A stretch of 63,412 nt of DNA, the filler included, from Chiloscyllium plagiosum (lineage: Eukaryota): assembly GCF_004010195.1 (NCBI RefSeq). It is 4 parts of one record of this genome, joined end to end, with 100 filler letters (N's around TTAATTAATTAA, not from the genome) between each part and the next. Parts side by side here need not be neighbours in the genome. Positions count along the whole stretch, not along the records: positions 1 to 15,881 come from NC_057713.1; 3 more parts are not named here. The stretch is one strand, 5' to 3'. Both the position numbers and the translations under genes were made by a program. The notes under the pieces were generated by a model. It had not been told where the DNA came from and did no database searches. It saw only the letters and a list, made by a program, of their open reading frames with translations. How positions within the stretch are numbered: position 1 is the first letter of the stretch; each line of letters starts with the position of its first letter. This document shows, in pieces, positions 1 to 11,984 of this stretch.

Positions 1-476
1 GGCTGTGTTTGGTCTGCTTGTCGTGGTTTGTTCTTGAGGAATCTGCGCACTGTATTTTTTGAGTATCCGTTCTTCTTGAATACATTGTATATAGGTGGTC
101 CTCCTCTGTTTTCCGAAGTTCGCCTGTGCTGCAGTGTGTGGTGGCTAGTTGGAATAGTGTTCTGGTACAGCTTCGTTGTATCACATCTATCCTGGGACAG
201 GGTAAGCAAAGACATGCCAGAGAATTCCTAGAGGCCTGACACTCCACAACGCCATAAACAAGCACATAGATCTAGATGCCATCTATCAACCCCTCAGAAA
301 ACAAACAGGAAATGACATCACCACAAACCTCAGGAACCCCATCCAGGAGAAAGATATAAATAGAAAGCAGGAGGCAACAGCTTTGCTTCACTTGGAAGTC
401 GCCACTGAAGATTACCTAGCCAGGTAATGAAACGTCTGGATATCAAACCTACAGCTCAGCGAGCAAACCTACACCC
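1..476. mobile_element. Penelope-like element, inverted arrangement: RT C-terminal piece on minus (1-178), GIY-YIG tail plus pLTR on plus (180-476)
   Basis: Minus strand reads RSCTRTLFQLATTHCST..NVFKKNGYSKNTVRRFL. Plus strand reads TSILGQGKQRHAREFLEA..NAINKHIDLD. Hammerhead-like core at 405-436. Confidence 0.85.
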
Positions 477-477
477 G

Positions 478-1375
478 ATGCCTTTTAAATGTTGGAGATG
501 TACCAGCCTCCACCACTTCCTCTCGCAACTCATTCCATTCATGCACCGTCCTCTGAGTGAAAAAGTTGCCCCTAGGTCCTTTTTAAATCTTTTCTTGCTC
601 ACCATAAACCCATCAGTTTTGGACTCCCCCACCCTGGGGAAAAGACCTTGGCTATTTACCCTATTCCCCTCATGATCTTATAAGCTTCTACAAGGTCACC
701 CCTCAGCCTCCGACAATCCAGGGAAATAGCCCCAGCCTATTCAGCTTCTCCCTATAAATCAAATCCTCCAACCCTGGCAACATCATTGTAAATCTTTTCT
801 GAACCTTTTCAAGTTTCACAGCATCATTCCTATAGCAGGGAGAACAGAACTGCACACAATATTCCAAAAGTGGCCTAACCGATGTCCTGTACAGTTGCAG
901 CATGACCTCCTATACACAATGCACTGACCAATAAAGGCAAGCATACCAAACACCTTCTTCACTGTCCAATCTACCTATGGGTCTACTTTCAAGAAACTAT
1001 GAACACGCACTCCAAGGTCTCTTTGTTAGCAACACTCCCCAGACTTTAAGTATATAAGTCATGTCCTGACTCCCATTCCCAAAATGTAACACCTTACATT
1101 TACCTAAATTAAACTGTCTGCCACTCCTCGATGCATTAACCCATCTGATCAAGATCCGGTTGTATTCTGAGGTAACCTTCTTTGCTGTCCACTACACTTC
1201 CAATTTTGGTGTTATCTGCAAAATTACTAACCAGATGTTAATTTTCAAATGACGAAAAGCATCAGACCCAGCAGTGATCATTGTGGCACACTGCTGATCA
1301 CAGGCCTCCAGTCTGAAAAGCAAACCTCCACCACCCCATCCACTTGTCGTCTACCTTCAAGTCAGTTCTGTATTC
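478..1375 (-). mobile_element. CR1 (HER1-like) LINE 3' fragment
   Basis: RT C-terminal translation LQLYRTSVRPLLEYCVQF..LEKVQKRFT. Confidence 0.9.
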
Positions 1376-1770
1376 AATAAAATTATTTATGAAATGTTCT
1401 ACTCCAATGAATATACACACATATTGAATGAGTATATTCAGGACAGAGATTGGTCCATTTTAGAATAGAATGGAATCTGGAATATTGGTTAATGAAAAAA
1501 CAATGGCAGAATGGAAGAAACTCCAAACAGAGTTGAATGGTGGAGCAAATTCAAAGGGTGACGTGGTTTACTCCTGCTTCTATTTGTTACATTTTACTGT
1601 TGTATGGAATAAATTGGCAATGTCACATAATGGTACATCATCTACACGAAGGAGCAAAATGTACTTGATTATATGCAAATATCTTGACATCAGAAAGTAT
1701 TCAAAACTGAATAACGGGTCTCATTTTGGATAAATACTTATTCGAGACAAAATTTCCATGACACTATTAC

Positions 1771-1837
1771 CTTCTGTGACTCCATTAATGCTGAGGGAGA
1801 TTATAGCCAAGAAATCTTCACATTCTCCTTGTTCTAA
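1771..1837 (-). CDS. THOC1: THOC1 coding exon 4 (LEQGECEDFLAIISLSINGVTE-G), 67 nt; gene continues beyond window start
   Basis: Acceptor tttttttctag|, donor GAAG|gtaata. Matches human INHSSCENVLAIISLAIGGVTEG. Confidence 0.95.
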
Positions 1838-2751
1838 CTAGAAAAAAACATAAGAATAAAGCTAGTAAAACATATATGCTCAACAATTTTCATGGTTTAT
1901 ATGAAGTCCTAATATTTTGAACCCAGTTCAATTACTCTCCATTAAATTTAACATCGAAAAGACTATAATACCATGAACAAATAACAAGGTAAACTATCCA
2001 AATTACCAGACCTGGAATTCTGAAACTGATTTAATGGAAAACATTTTTTTAAACTTTGATTTCTAAATGAAATTATCCTCCAGAAGACTTTAATTGGAAT
2101 TCTTTAAATTCAAGAATTCAATGTCAAGAACAAGCAGGTGACAAGTAGGCAATTGTGTAACAAAAATGGTCAACTGGAATTGGCTTCATCACCAGGTCAA
2201 AATCTTGAAATTCCTCATATAATGTTGTGGGAGTCGCTTTACAATACTGTTGTGATTCAAGGAGGTCACACACCTCTACATTCTGGAGAACAATGAGGAA
2301 CGATAAAGTGGTAATAATATCCATATCCAAAACTCTTGTTGGATTTCAAAAGGTCAATATAAAAGAACGCAAATATATTTCTAAAAATGAAGTGTTTCTT
2401 TAATCTTAGTTTATCTATTAAAGTTTGATTTAAACATGTTTCACTTTTCAAGCAGTTAGGTAGATAGTATATAGATACTTGATTGAAGGTCCCATATGTT
2501 ACAGTGATAGGTGCAGGTTGAAGTCCCACCCGCTCCAGTATTGTGTCATAAGACGCCTGAAAAAACTGATTAAAAATATCCACAGCTACTTGATTCCAGT
2601 TAGAGAGAATTCAAAAGCACACAGGAATCACTGACAGCAATTTCTGCATTTCCATGGTTAACTACATAAGTGCATTCTTCAGAAATTGTTGTGATTTTGT
2701 GCTTTCCTGTGCACTTTTGAATTCTCCCTAACTGAACCAAGTAGCTTTAAA

Positions 2752-3276
2752 AATCACACAACACATGGTTATAGTACAACTGGTTTAATTGGAAGCACTA
2801 GCTTTCAGAGCGCCGCTCCTTCATCAGGTGGTTGTGAAGGAGTGGAGGACACAATTGCAAGACACAGAATTTATAGCAAAAGTTTACAGTGTGATGTAAC
2901 TGAAATTATACATTGAAAAATACTTTGATTGTTTGTTGAGTCTTTCATCTATTTGAATACTATAATAGTTTCACTTCTTTCATATGTAAATCACAAATTT
3001 TTTTTTTTTAAAAAGTTACATTCTCAGGTTAACTGTAACAATTGGCGTTAGCCAGAGAATATGTTGAAGGTGTTAGGCCCCTGTGTTCCCTGTCTGTGCC
3101 AGAATGTTTAGACTGATTCTAATCTAAAAAGTGAGTTAACAGAGTCTTCCATGAATTCATGAAGTTTTTGAGCTCTGAAAGCTAGTGTTTCCAATTAAAC
3201 CAGTTGGACTATAACCTGGTGTTGTGTGATTTTTAAATTTGTATACCCCAGTCCAACACCAGCATATCCAAATCAG
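2752..3276. mobile_element. Penelope-derived fold-back element with 13-bp TSD
   Basis: Inverted arms at about 2747-2810 and 3172-3237. TSD aagtagctttaaa at 2739-2751 and 3277-3289. Confidence 0.8.
2796..2830 (-). ncRNA. Minimal type I hammerhead ribozyme core (Penelope pLTR)
   Basis: CAC-CTGATGA-A-GGAGC-ggc-GCTCT-GAAA-GC-TA-GTG: conserved boxes, stem II, stem I CAC/GTG and a tiny stem III. Confidence 0.65.
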
Positions 3277-3916
3277 AAGTAGCTTTAAATCAACTTGTTA
3301 AGCAGCTTTCCTTGTGGGGCAACAAAGAATCATGGACAGTCAGTTCTGAAGATTGCACGTGCAGTTAATTTTGGAAATCCTAAAACTGATGTTTGTGATT
3401 CTATGTTGCCCTATAAGGAAAGATGCTGATATACTTCCAGATGAGAATCAAGTAGAATTCATTGAACTAATGAGAAACTCCCCTGCAGTTTTTTAAAACA
3501 TCCAGATGTACTATGACGCACAACAAAATGATTCAACAGGAAAAGTTGAATGAAGTGTAATTGGCTTTCTAATGGGGCACTAGGTTCATAACTACCGTGT
3601 AAGCTATACTGATCCTAAAAAAAACTAAAGCTTATGATTAATAAATACCTGTTTTCCTACTATAGTAAAATTTAAATAATTTATCTTTTTAAAAAGATGT
3701 ACTATTTACTCTACCACTTTAAATCAATGCGTATGTCACAATAATTTATATTGTCACTTGGAAAATGTTCACTTGTAATGAAGATCTCAATGCACTTTAC
3801 TTCTTAAGGCATTGTCTGGGAATACTTCAATGTTGTTGGCTAGGTACCCTGCTTGATGATAGTACTTTTACTGTACATCACCAGCAATACTTGGTGCCAG
3901 ATTTATTCAAAGTTGG

Positions 3917-4250
3917 TGGGTGGCACGGTGGCTCACCATGCCAGGGACCTGGGTTTGCTTCCATTATCAGGCTACTGTCTGTGTGGAGTTTGCGCATTCT
4001 CCCTGTGTCAGTGTAGGTTTCCTCTGGGTGGTCCGGTTTCCTCCCACAATCCAAAGATGTGCAGGTTAGGTGGATTGGCCATACTAAATTGCCCACAGTG
4101 CTCACACGTGTAGGTTCGGTACATTAATCAGTAAATATAGAGTAATATGGTAGGGAAATGGGTTTGGGTGGAATACTCTTCGGAGGGTCAGTGTGGACTT
4201 GTTGGGCCAAAAGGCCTGTTTCCACACTACAGGGATTCTATGCATCTATG
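3917..4250 (+). mobile_element. HE1-like V-SINE
   Basis: tRNA-derived head, V-domain GTGTGGAGTTTGC..GGTTTCCTCCCACAATCCAAAGATGTGCAGG and CR1-derived tail. Confidence 0.9.
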
Positions 4251-5185
4251 ATTTTTGGGAAAAAAATCCACAGCTCGCTGTTATTGAGTACCAGTGCAGG
4301 GAATTTATGAGTGTGCGTCAATCAAGAAGATTGTTTTATCTTGAATGGCATCAAGCTTTATCACTGTTGTTGCATCTGCATTCATCCAACCAAAAGACAG
4401 AGTATCCATTACATTCCCAACTTGGGCCTTGTATGTGGTGAGCAGACTTATGGAAGTTACAAGTCTTAATGGATTTGTACGTGAAGTGCTTCAGCACCTG
4501 AAGAGTTGCAAATGGTTCTGAAGAATGCGCAAACATCAGTTAACATGCCCATTTCTGACCTCCTCAAGGAGAGAAGGTCATTGATGAAGCAGCTGAAGTT
4601 GTGTGGAAAATAGACAAGGAAATGGAAATTTTGAAGATCAAAGGTCCAGATCAAAAAGTAATTTGAATTGTCTCCCATAGTTCTTATTAATTTCAGCAAT
4701 GTCGGTAGGCTGTCTGTAAAACTATGATCGTTCTACGTTTTGATAGCTGATCTGGTAGCCTTGTGTCTTTCCTTGCATTGGAATTCCTTCCAAGTTTTGG
4801 TTTTTCTGTCTTCTCACTCACAGTGAGTGATGGGAGAAAAAGATGCTTTCTGTTTGCCAGTTCTGGAGGTCTCCAGCTGCTCTGCACTCCGAGGTCTGTA
4901 ACAAATTACAGCGCGACCAGAGGTTTTTAATCAGGCAGTGTTCCCTTAAATGAAGGGCACCTGTTACCGCTTTGTCTCAAAGTAACTATCTCACTGCTTT
5001 TAAAAACAATATTGCCTTGCACAGCTAAAAATATGCATCACTTGATTCTCTCTATGCCCATCCAAAGTTAAAATTTCTTATGGTATCTCAGCTTTGTAGC
5101 AGTCTAACTTCCAATCCAGTTTATAGCCCAAAGGGGAAAAAATATGGTCCCTTCCACTTGTACATCATGAACACTAATAACTATG

Positions 5186-5338
5186 AAGAGAAAGTGAGGT
5201 CTGCAGATGCTGGAGATCAGAGCTGGAAATGTGTTGCTGGAAAAGCGCAGCAGGTCAGGCAGCATCCAGGGAACAGGAGAATCTCCTGTTCCCTGGATGC
5301 TGCCTGACCTGCTGCGCTTTTCCAGCAACACATTTCCA
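5186..5338. mobile_element. Penelope-tail fold-back with perfect 57-bp arms
   Basis: 5224-5280 is the exact reverse complement of 5282-5338. TSD aacactaataac at 5170-5181 and 5338-5349. Confidence 0.85.
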
Positions 5339-5481
5339 ACACTAATAACCATGTCTGTGTCAGATAGATATACTGCATAATATTCACAAATGTACATATT
5401 TCAATCAATCATTATCACTACATGTAGCACCTAAAAAGTACCTCACGTTATCACATACAAATCGATTCTACTGAGACTTAC

Positions 5482-5542
5482 AATTTTTTCTTCCAGAACA
5501 CCTCTAAATGCTTGATCCAATGTTGTTTTCTTTTCTGTTTCA
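5482..5542 (-). CDS. THOC1: THOC1 coding exon 3 (ETEKKTTLDQAFRGVLEEKI), 61 nt
   Basis: Acceptor ctctatacag|, donor ATT|gtaagt, after a 115-nt intron 2. Matches human ENEKKCTLDQAFRGILEEEI. Confidence 0.96.
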
Positions 5543-5657
5543 CTGTATAGAGACAAAGGAAATCCATAAACAAACATTCCGTTCTTTGATAATCACAAAA
5601 GCCAGATTTGTTCAACAACAAGTTCTGAGTGGGCAATAAAAATATTAATTCACTCAC

Positions 5658-5731
5658 CCTCCACTTAATTGGCTGAAGATAAGAATTAGTGGCTTGACAT
5701 TCTTGATGCTCAAAGCTTCCTTTGTATAAAT
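5658..5731 (-). CDS. THOC1: THOC1 coding exon 2 (IYTKEALSIKNVKPLILIFSQLSG-G), 74 nt
   Basis: Acceptor ttgttactag|, donor GG|gtgagt. Matches human KSTREALNNKNIKPLLSTFSQVPGS. Confidence 0.95.
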
Positions 5732-5943
5732 CTAGTAACAAAAATAAATTGCGACAATGTTCTCATAATCAAGCATGAAATTATTGTATAAGAGTTGCTA
5801 TATATACTCAAAGTTAATTTGTTGTCTGTGTGAATAAGCCTCCTAAAACAAATTTGGTCCTGTTGACAATTTCCAATGATCTGAAGCTTAAACCAATATG
5901 CTGTGTAGAGTGTGGCACACAAGCCAATGAAATACATGCAAAA

Positions 5944-6010
5944 TTGATTTGAAGATGCCGGTGTTGGACTGGGGTGTAGACCCCAGTCCAACACCGGCAC
6001 CTCCAAATTA
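5944..6010. mobile_element. Tiny Penelope-tail palindrome
   Basis: gatgccggtgttggactggggt..accccagtccaacaccggcacc, the same terminus as the elements at 3245-3275 and 60212-60242. Confidence 0.7.
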
Positions 6011-6483
6011 TGTAAAGTATAAATGACGTAGATGAAGTCAACAGAATAGCTTGTTTTTTTGCTATATATTCTATGTAGTGCACTACAACCTAGACACTTA
6101 TCTTGATGCTGGGGACCAATCTTGTGGCTTTTGCATCACTGACTTGAATATTTTTCCCATGTCTCAGTCACTAGAGTTTAGGCATATGATTCAAGGTCTG
6201 CACAAAGAATTGTACCATTGATCCTGACTTGTGTCATATTATTCTGATTATGTTAACTTAAAATCTATTAATTTTTCTTACTACTTCTGTATTCCATTGA
6301 ACGTGAACATGCATTTGCAACCATAATAATACTCTTCATGAAATACTTGTCTCTGTTTCTCTTTCCTGTATGTAATAGTTTATGCTTCTCTGTATTAAGT
6401 TTAATTTGTCATTGCTCTGCCCACTTACTTACAACTTAGTTTTTGAGCTGTCTCCGTTAATTCCAGTCTGACCTGATGTTACC

Positions 6484-6672
6484 ATAGAATGAATTCCCAG
6501 TGTGGGAACAGGCCCTTCGGCCCAAAAAGTCCACTCAGACCCATTTCCCTACTTCCTATATTTACCCCTGACGAAAGCACCTAATCTACACATCCCGGAA
6601 CACTATGGGCAATTTACCATGGCCAATTTCACCTAACCTGCACATCTTTGGATTGTGGGAGGAAACTGGAGC
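6484..6672 (-). mobile_element. HE1-like V-SINE, 5'-truncated
   Basis: Reverse complement of V-domain and tail. Confidence 0.85.
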
Positions 6673-6719
6673 ATATAAGACAATTGGACCAGTTTGCATC
6701 AAGTTTTACTGGGTTTTAA

Positions 6720-6894
6720 TGTTGAAAAGTATGGTGCTGAAAAAGCATAGCTGGTTAAGCAGCATCCTAGGAGCAGGAGGGTCGATGTTTTGAGCATAAG
6801 CTCTTCATCAGGAATGCTGCCTGACTAGCTGTACTTTTCCAGCACCTCACTTTTCAAGTCTGATCACCAGCATCTGCAGTTATCACTTTGTCCT
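6720..6894. mobile_element. Penelope-tail fold-back, degenerate
   Basis: Inverted arms, decayed hammerhead core, TSD-like ggttttaatgttg on both sides. Confidence 0.75.
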
Positions 6895-7509
6895 GGTTTT
6901 TAATGTTGCAAATTATAACTGATACAACATTGTTGCCTAAAAATGCTGCTTTTGAATTGTGTAACCCTAGAAACAGCCATGCCTTATAAACAATTTTCTG
7001 GCCTGCAATGTTGCTTTTGGTGATTTCTTCATTTCTGTCAATAAACTTGAATCTTCAATTTATTTTCTAATGATGTTTCTTTTTTCCTGACCTAAGTACA
7101 TACACTGCATATTTATCTAGTGGTTTGTTTACAACTTAACTTCACAGTCAGCAAGTTCTCTAGTGTCTGCTTGAATTTTGTTGCATTTTTCCTCATATGA
7201 AAACAAAAGAACTGAAATATTTAATTAATACTTTGCCATTTCTGTCATTGCCAGAACTTACCTTAATCATTGTTTAGTGGCCCAATCACTACTTAAGTTC
7301 TCCTTTGATGTGTGTCAATAGAACAAATTATTTAATTTATATTCCTTACTAATTTCAGTGCAAAATTTATCCTTGCCTTACTGATTTATTTTTCCCTTAT
7401 ATTTATTCTCTTTGGTTCATCCTATACCCTATTGCCAGCTTCTCAGATGGTATTTTAGCAATTCTTGCCTGTCTTTTTCTTGAGATTCAATTTTTCCTTT
7501 GTATCTACA

Positions 7510-9945
7510 TCATAAGACCATAAGACACAGGAGCAGAAATTAGGCCAGTGAGTCTGCTCTGCCATTAAATCATGGCTGATAAGTTTCTCAACCCATTCTC
7601 TTGCTTTCTTCCTGTAACCCTTGGTCCCCTTTACAATCAAGAAGCTATCTATCTCCATCTTAAATATATTCAATGATCTGGTCTCCACAGCCTTCTCTGG
7701 TAGTGAATTCCATAGATTCATTACTTTCTGGCTGAAGAAGTTTCTCCTTATCTCCACTCTAAAAGGTCTTCCCTTTACTCTAAGGCTGTGTCCTCAGGTC
7801 CTACCAATGGAAACATCTTCCCAACACCCACACAGTCCAGGCCATTCAGTATTCTGTAAGTTTCAATTCGATCCTCCCTCATCCTTCTGAACTCCATCAA
7901 GTATAGAACTAGAGTTCTCAAACTTTCCTCATATGTTCACCTTTTCATTCCTGGGATCATTGTTGTGAACCTCCTCTGAACACGCTCCAAAGCCAGTGCA
8001 TTCTTCCTGAGATATGGGGCCCAAAACCGTGCACAATACTTCAAATGCGGTCTAACCAGAGCCTTATACAGCCTCAGAAGTACATCCCTGCTTTTATATT
8101 CAAGCCCTTTCAAAATAAACACCAACATTGCATTTGCCTTACTGACTACTGACTCAACCTCCAAGTTTGCCTTGTGAGAATCCTGGACTAAAACTACCAA
8201 GCCTCTTTGCACTTCAAACTTGTGAATTTTCTCCCCACTTAAAAAATAGTCCATGCTTCTATTCCTCTTACCAGAGTGCATGACCTCACACTGTCTTGAA
8301 GTCCAGGTAGATAACAGCCAGTGGCTCTCCTTGGTCTAACCTGCTTGTTGCTTCTTCAAAAACTTCTAGCTGATTTGTCAGACATATCTTTCCCTTGATG
8401 AAATCGTGCTGATTTTGCCTTATTTTACCATACCATTCCAAGCATTCACAAATCTCATTCTTCATAATGGACTCCAAAACCTTGCCCTCAACCGAGACTG
8501 GGCTAATCAGCCTGTAATTTTCTGTCTTTTGCCTTACTCCCTTCTTAAACAGGGGTGTCACGTTAGCGATTTTCAGTTATCTAGTACCCTCCCTGACTCT
8601 AGCGATTCCTGAAAGTCACCATTAACGCCTCCACTATCTCTTCAGCTGTTTTCTTTAGAACTCTGGGGTTAGCGAGTTTTGAAAAGATTTGTAGCTCAGG
8701 TTGAGTTTCTGGATGTAGGCTTGCTCGCTGAGCTGGAAGGTTCAGTTTCAGACATTTCATCACCATACTCGATAACATCATCAGTGAGCCTCCGGATGAA
8801 GCACTGGTGTTACGGCCTGCTTTATGTGTTTAGGTTTCATTGGGTTTGGTGACTTCATTTTCTGTGGCAATGCCATTTCCTGTTCTTTTTCTCAGAGGGT
8901 GGTAAATGAGATCCAAGTCAATATGTTTGTTGATAGAGCTCCACTTGGAATGCCATGCTTCTAGGAATTGTCTCGCATGTCTGTTTGGCTTGTCCTGAGC
9001 TGAATGTGTTGTCCTTCTTCATCTATATGTAAAGATACTAGTGAGTGGGTGATGTCTTTTTGTGGCTAGATGATGTTCATGTATCCTGGTGGCTAGTTTT
9101 CTGCCTGTTTATCCAATGTAGTGTTTTGCAAAACTAATGTAATTTACAAAATACCTTGCAAGAATTGTAACAAACACTACGTTGGACAAACAGGCACGAG
9201 CCACCAGGATACATGAACATCATCTAGTCACAAAAAGACATGATCCACTCTCACTAGTATCTTTACATAAAGATGAGGAAAGACACCACTTCGTGTGGGA
9301 CAACACATCCATCCTCGGACAAGCCAAACACAGACACGTTCAAGAATTCCTAAAAGCATGGCATTCCAACCGGAACTTTATCAACAAACATATTGACTTG
9401 GATCCCATTTATCACCCCTGAGAAAAAGAACAGGAAATGACACTACTGCTGGAAATGACTTCACCAGCCCCAAGGAAACCTAAAAACAAATTAAAAAACG
9501 GGCCATACCACCAGTGCTTCATCTGGAGGCTCACTGATGATGTTACCCAGTATGGTGACAAAATGAGCAAACCTACATCCAGAACTTTAGTGTAGTCAAT
9601 CTGGTCCAGGTGATTTATCCATCTTCAGGCCATTCAATTTTTCTCGTACCTTCTCCTTGTTAGTTAATAGCCTCCATACTCAGGTCTGCCCCTAACTCTC
9701 TTGAATATTTGTGCCATTACTCAAGACTTCCACTGTGAAGACAGACATGAAGTAACTATTGAGTTCCTCAGCTATTTCCTTGTTCCCATTACTATCTCTC
9801 GTACATCCTTTTTCCAGTGGTCCAATTTTCACTCTTGCCTCTCTTTTGCCCTTTATGTATCTAAAGAAACTCTTACTGTCTGCCTTTATATTACTGGCTA
9901 GCCTACCCTCACATTTAATCTTCTCTTTCTTTCGTCTCTCTTTTG
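7510..9945 (-). mobile_element. CR1 LINE interrupted by Penelope
   Basis: RT fragments (VIYLDF, LYKALVRPHLKYC, RRNFFSQKVMNLWNSLP). The CR1 resumes at about 9585 after the nested element. Confidence 0.88.
8670..9585. mobile_element. Penelope element with inverted 5' copy, nested in CR1
   Basis: Plus arm encodes GIY-YIG motifs NVIYKIPCKNCNKHYVGQTG..TRIHEH..WDNTSILGQAK..AWHSN. Minus arm 8670-9128 is an inverted copy. Hammerhead-like cores near 8750-8785 (-) and 9534-9565 (+). Confidence 0.9.
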
Positions 9946-10124
9946 CTTTTTAAAATATTTAAAAGACACTCCCAGAAGTGGACATCTTGTTTTTTAAAGA
10001 TTTTTTCCCAGTTTAATTGTAGATCCATTTTGTGTCCTCTGATTTTGCATTTTCCAGCCTATTTACTTTTTTCCTCCAAAAGTCTCACCCAATTCAAATA
10101 TTGAACAATACTATGTTGTAATTA

Positions 10125-10216
10125 CAAACAAAAACAGAAATTGCTGGATGAACTCAGCAGGATCTGTGGAGAGAGATCAGAGTTAATGCTTTGGGTCAGG
10201 TGACCCTTCCTTCAAA
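10125..10216 (-). mobile_element. Old Penelope-type tail fragment
   Basis: Shares the terminus with other tails. Flanked by actatgttg(t/c)aatta duplication. Confidence 0.55.
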
Positions 10217-11088
10217 CTATGTTGCAATTAATCAATTATGACACTCCAAAACCCTTAGATCTGCTTTCTGCTTTGAATTATAACTACAAAAATATCAGAT
10301 AGTGATTCTTACGTTGGACTTCCAGCACAGAGAAAGAAAGGATTCCTATAAACACTAAAATCTCAATGCCTTTTTGTTACTTCATCCAGCCAGTTTAGTT
10401 GAAGGTAATCTAAATATTTAATGCATTTGACTCGCTGCCTGCTATTCAGCTCATAATTATTTTTTCCAATTCCCTTTTAAGTATCTAGTCCTTTAGTGTA
10501 CTATAGGCATGTTGACAGATCCCTCGTCTTTTAACACAAATCCTGTACTTATCCTTTTACTGGTTAAGAATCCTCGATTAACTGATAACCCTTCAAAGCT
10601 GCAGGTTTCGATCGAGCTCCAAAGACTTGAGCGCACAATCAAAACTGACATTTTCATGTTGTACTAAAACAGCTCAATACAGTCAGGATGATCTTTCAGC
10701 CAAGACTTCAAATGCAAAAAACCCATTAGGTGTACACTGTACAATCTGAAAAACGGAGGTTTGCTTGGTGATCTGACCAGTAATTAGTTAACAATTAATA
10801 TCAATAAACAACCGCTTTTAAAAAGCAGCAAGTGAATATGCGATAAATTAGTGAACATATCAGTTTAATTCAGCACGCAAGTCGACTACATTGGGTGCGA
10901 ATAATGCGGAATTTTATAAAATTAGTGCCGCACCACATTTCCAGATTAGTGTTGAATGTCGCTTTTGACGGGAACTTGCTCCCTCCCTGCCCATTTAATG
11001 GGAACTACCTACACCATCTGCGATATATGCAGCAACAATGAGAAATGACCAAATATTATCGGACACAAAAGTGCAGACAATTCCTTAC

Positions 11089-11136
11089 ACTGAATTTCTG
11101 TCGAGCCTCATTAAACTGGAACAAACCAGGAGACAT
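11089..11136 (-). CDS. THOC1: THO complex subunit 1, coding exon 1 (MSPGLFQFNEARQKFS)
   Basis: ATG at 11136, 16 codons, phase-0 donor AGT|gtaagg. Resembles the human THOC1 N-terminus MSPTPPLFSLPEARTRFT as recalled, and splices in frame to the next three exons. Confidence 0.93.
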
Positions 11137-11212
11137 GTTGACCGGAAGTCCTGAGCGCGATGCAAGCCGGGAAGCAGAATCTAGACATAATGGCGCCCCC
11201 TCAGTTCGGATG
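11137..11212 (-). promoter_or_regulatory. THOC1 core promoter / short 5'UTR
   Basis: Local CpG enrichment. ETS/GABP site CCGGAAGT at 11142-11149 just upstream of the ATG, a second ETS-like CCGGGAAG, and a YY1-like AATGGCG overlapping a CTCF-like GCGCCCCCTCAGT. Confidence 0.7.
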
Positions 11213-11557
11213 TATTGTTGACAAAATATGACAGGTGGAAGATGGGAGAAAGACCAACCTCATGTGGGATATTATGCAGAACCTAATATTATAGTGTGCA
11301 ACGTTGTATTTATTAAATCAAGCACATAGATTCAAGGATTTGAGATAAAGAGATGAGGGGAAATTTGAGGACAATTCTTTCGGTAATGACCAGGATCTTG
11401 CAGCAGGCAGTGCAAGTCGAGACAACAATTTTCAAAGGAAATTGGTTGGGCGTGGGAAGGGACAACTAAACTGCGTGACACAGAGTAGGCATTGACTTAG
11501 TGGCCCCCAATTACATTGTTACATGTTGTAAATTGTTCCATAACAGTATGCAGAATG

Positions 11558-11680
11558 ACCTGATGAAGGAGCAATGCTCCAAAAGCTAGTGCTTCCAAAT
11601 AAACCTGTTGCACTATAACCTGATGTTGTGTGATTTTTAACATTGTCCACCCCTGTCTAACACCAGCACCTCCAAGTCAC
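11558..11680 (+). mobile_element. Penelope pLTR fragment
   Basis: cctgatgaaggagcaatgctccaaaagctagtg.. with GAAA mutated to AAAA. Confidence 0.8.
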
Positions 11681-11984
11681 AGAGGCCAATATAGTAGTTT
11701 GCAACATTAAAAACCAGTAAAACTCGATGCATACCGGTCCAATTTGTCTTAGATACCAGAAAATAGATCTCCAGTGTAACCTGTATGTTTTTTTCCAGGG
11801 TTTACTGTTTATTTACATTTTCTTCAGGCTGGGAGGAAGCCCAATAGTCTGCAACATAATGCAGACTATTTTTGTCTATACTTTTGCATGGAGGCCAACA
11901 TCCAAAGGGCACAATATAGTATTTAACAGTATTCTGAAGAACCCAAAGTTACACTTTGAAAAATTACAGAGACAACATGACTTG

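Noticed and set aside
2479..2556. In-frame 78-nt cassette exon candidate in THOC1 intron 3 (ASYDTILERVGLQPAPITVTYGTFNQ)
   Set aside because: Weak donor (CAA|gtatct) and no counterpart in THOC1 as I recall it. The opposite strand looks like a decayed tRNA-like 3' half.
10600..10810. Exapted enhancer in THOC1 intron 1
   Set aside because: Looks like a very decayed Deu-type SINE, and nothing in the sequence alone supports function.
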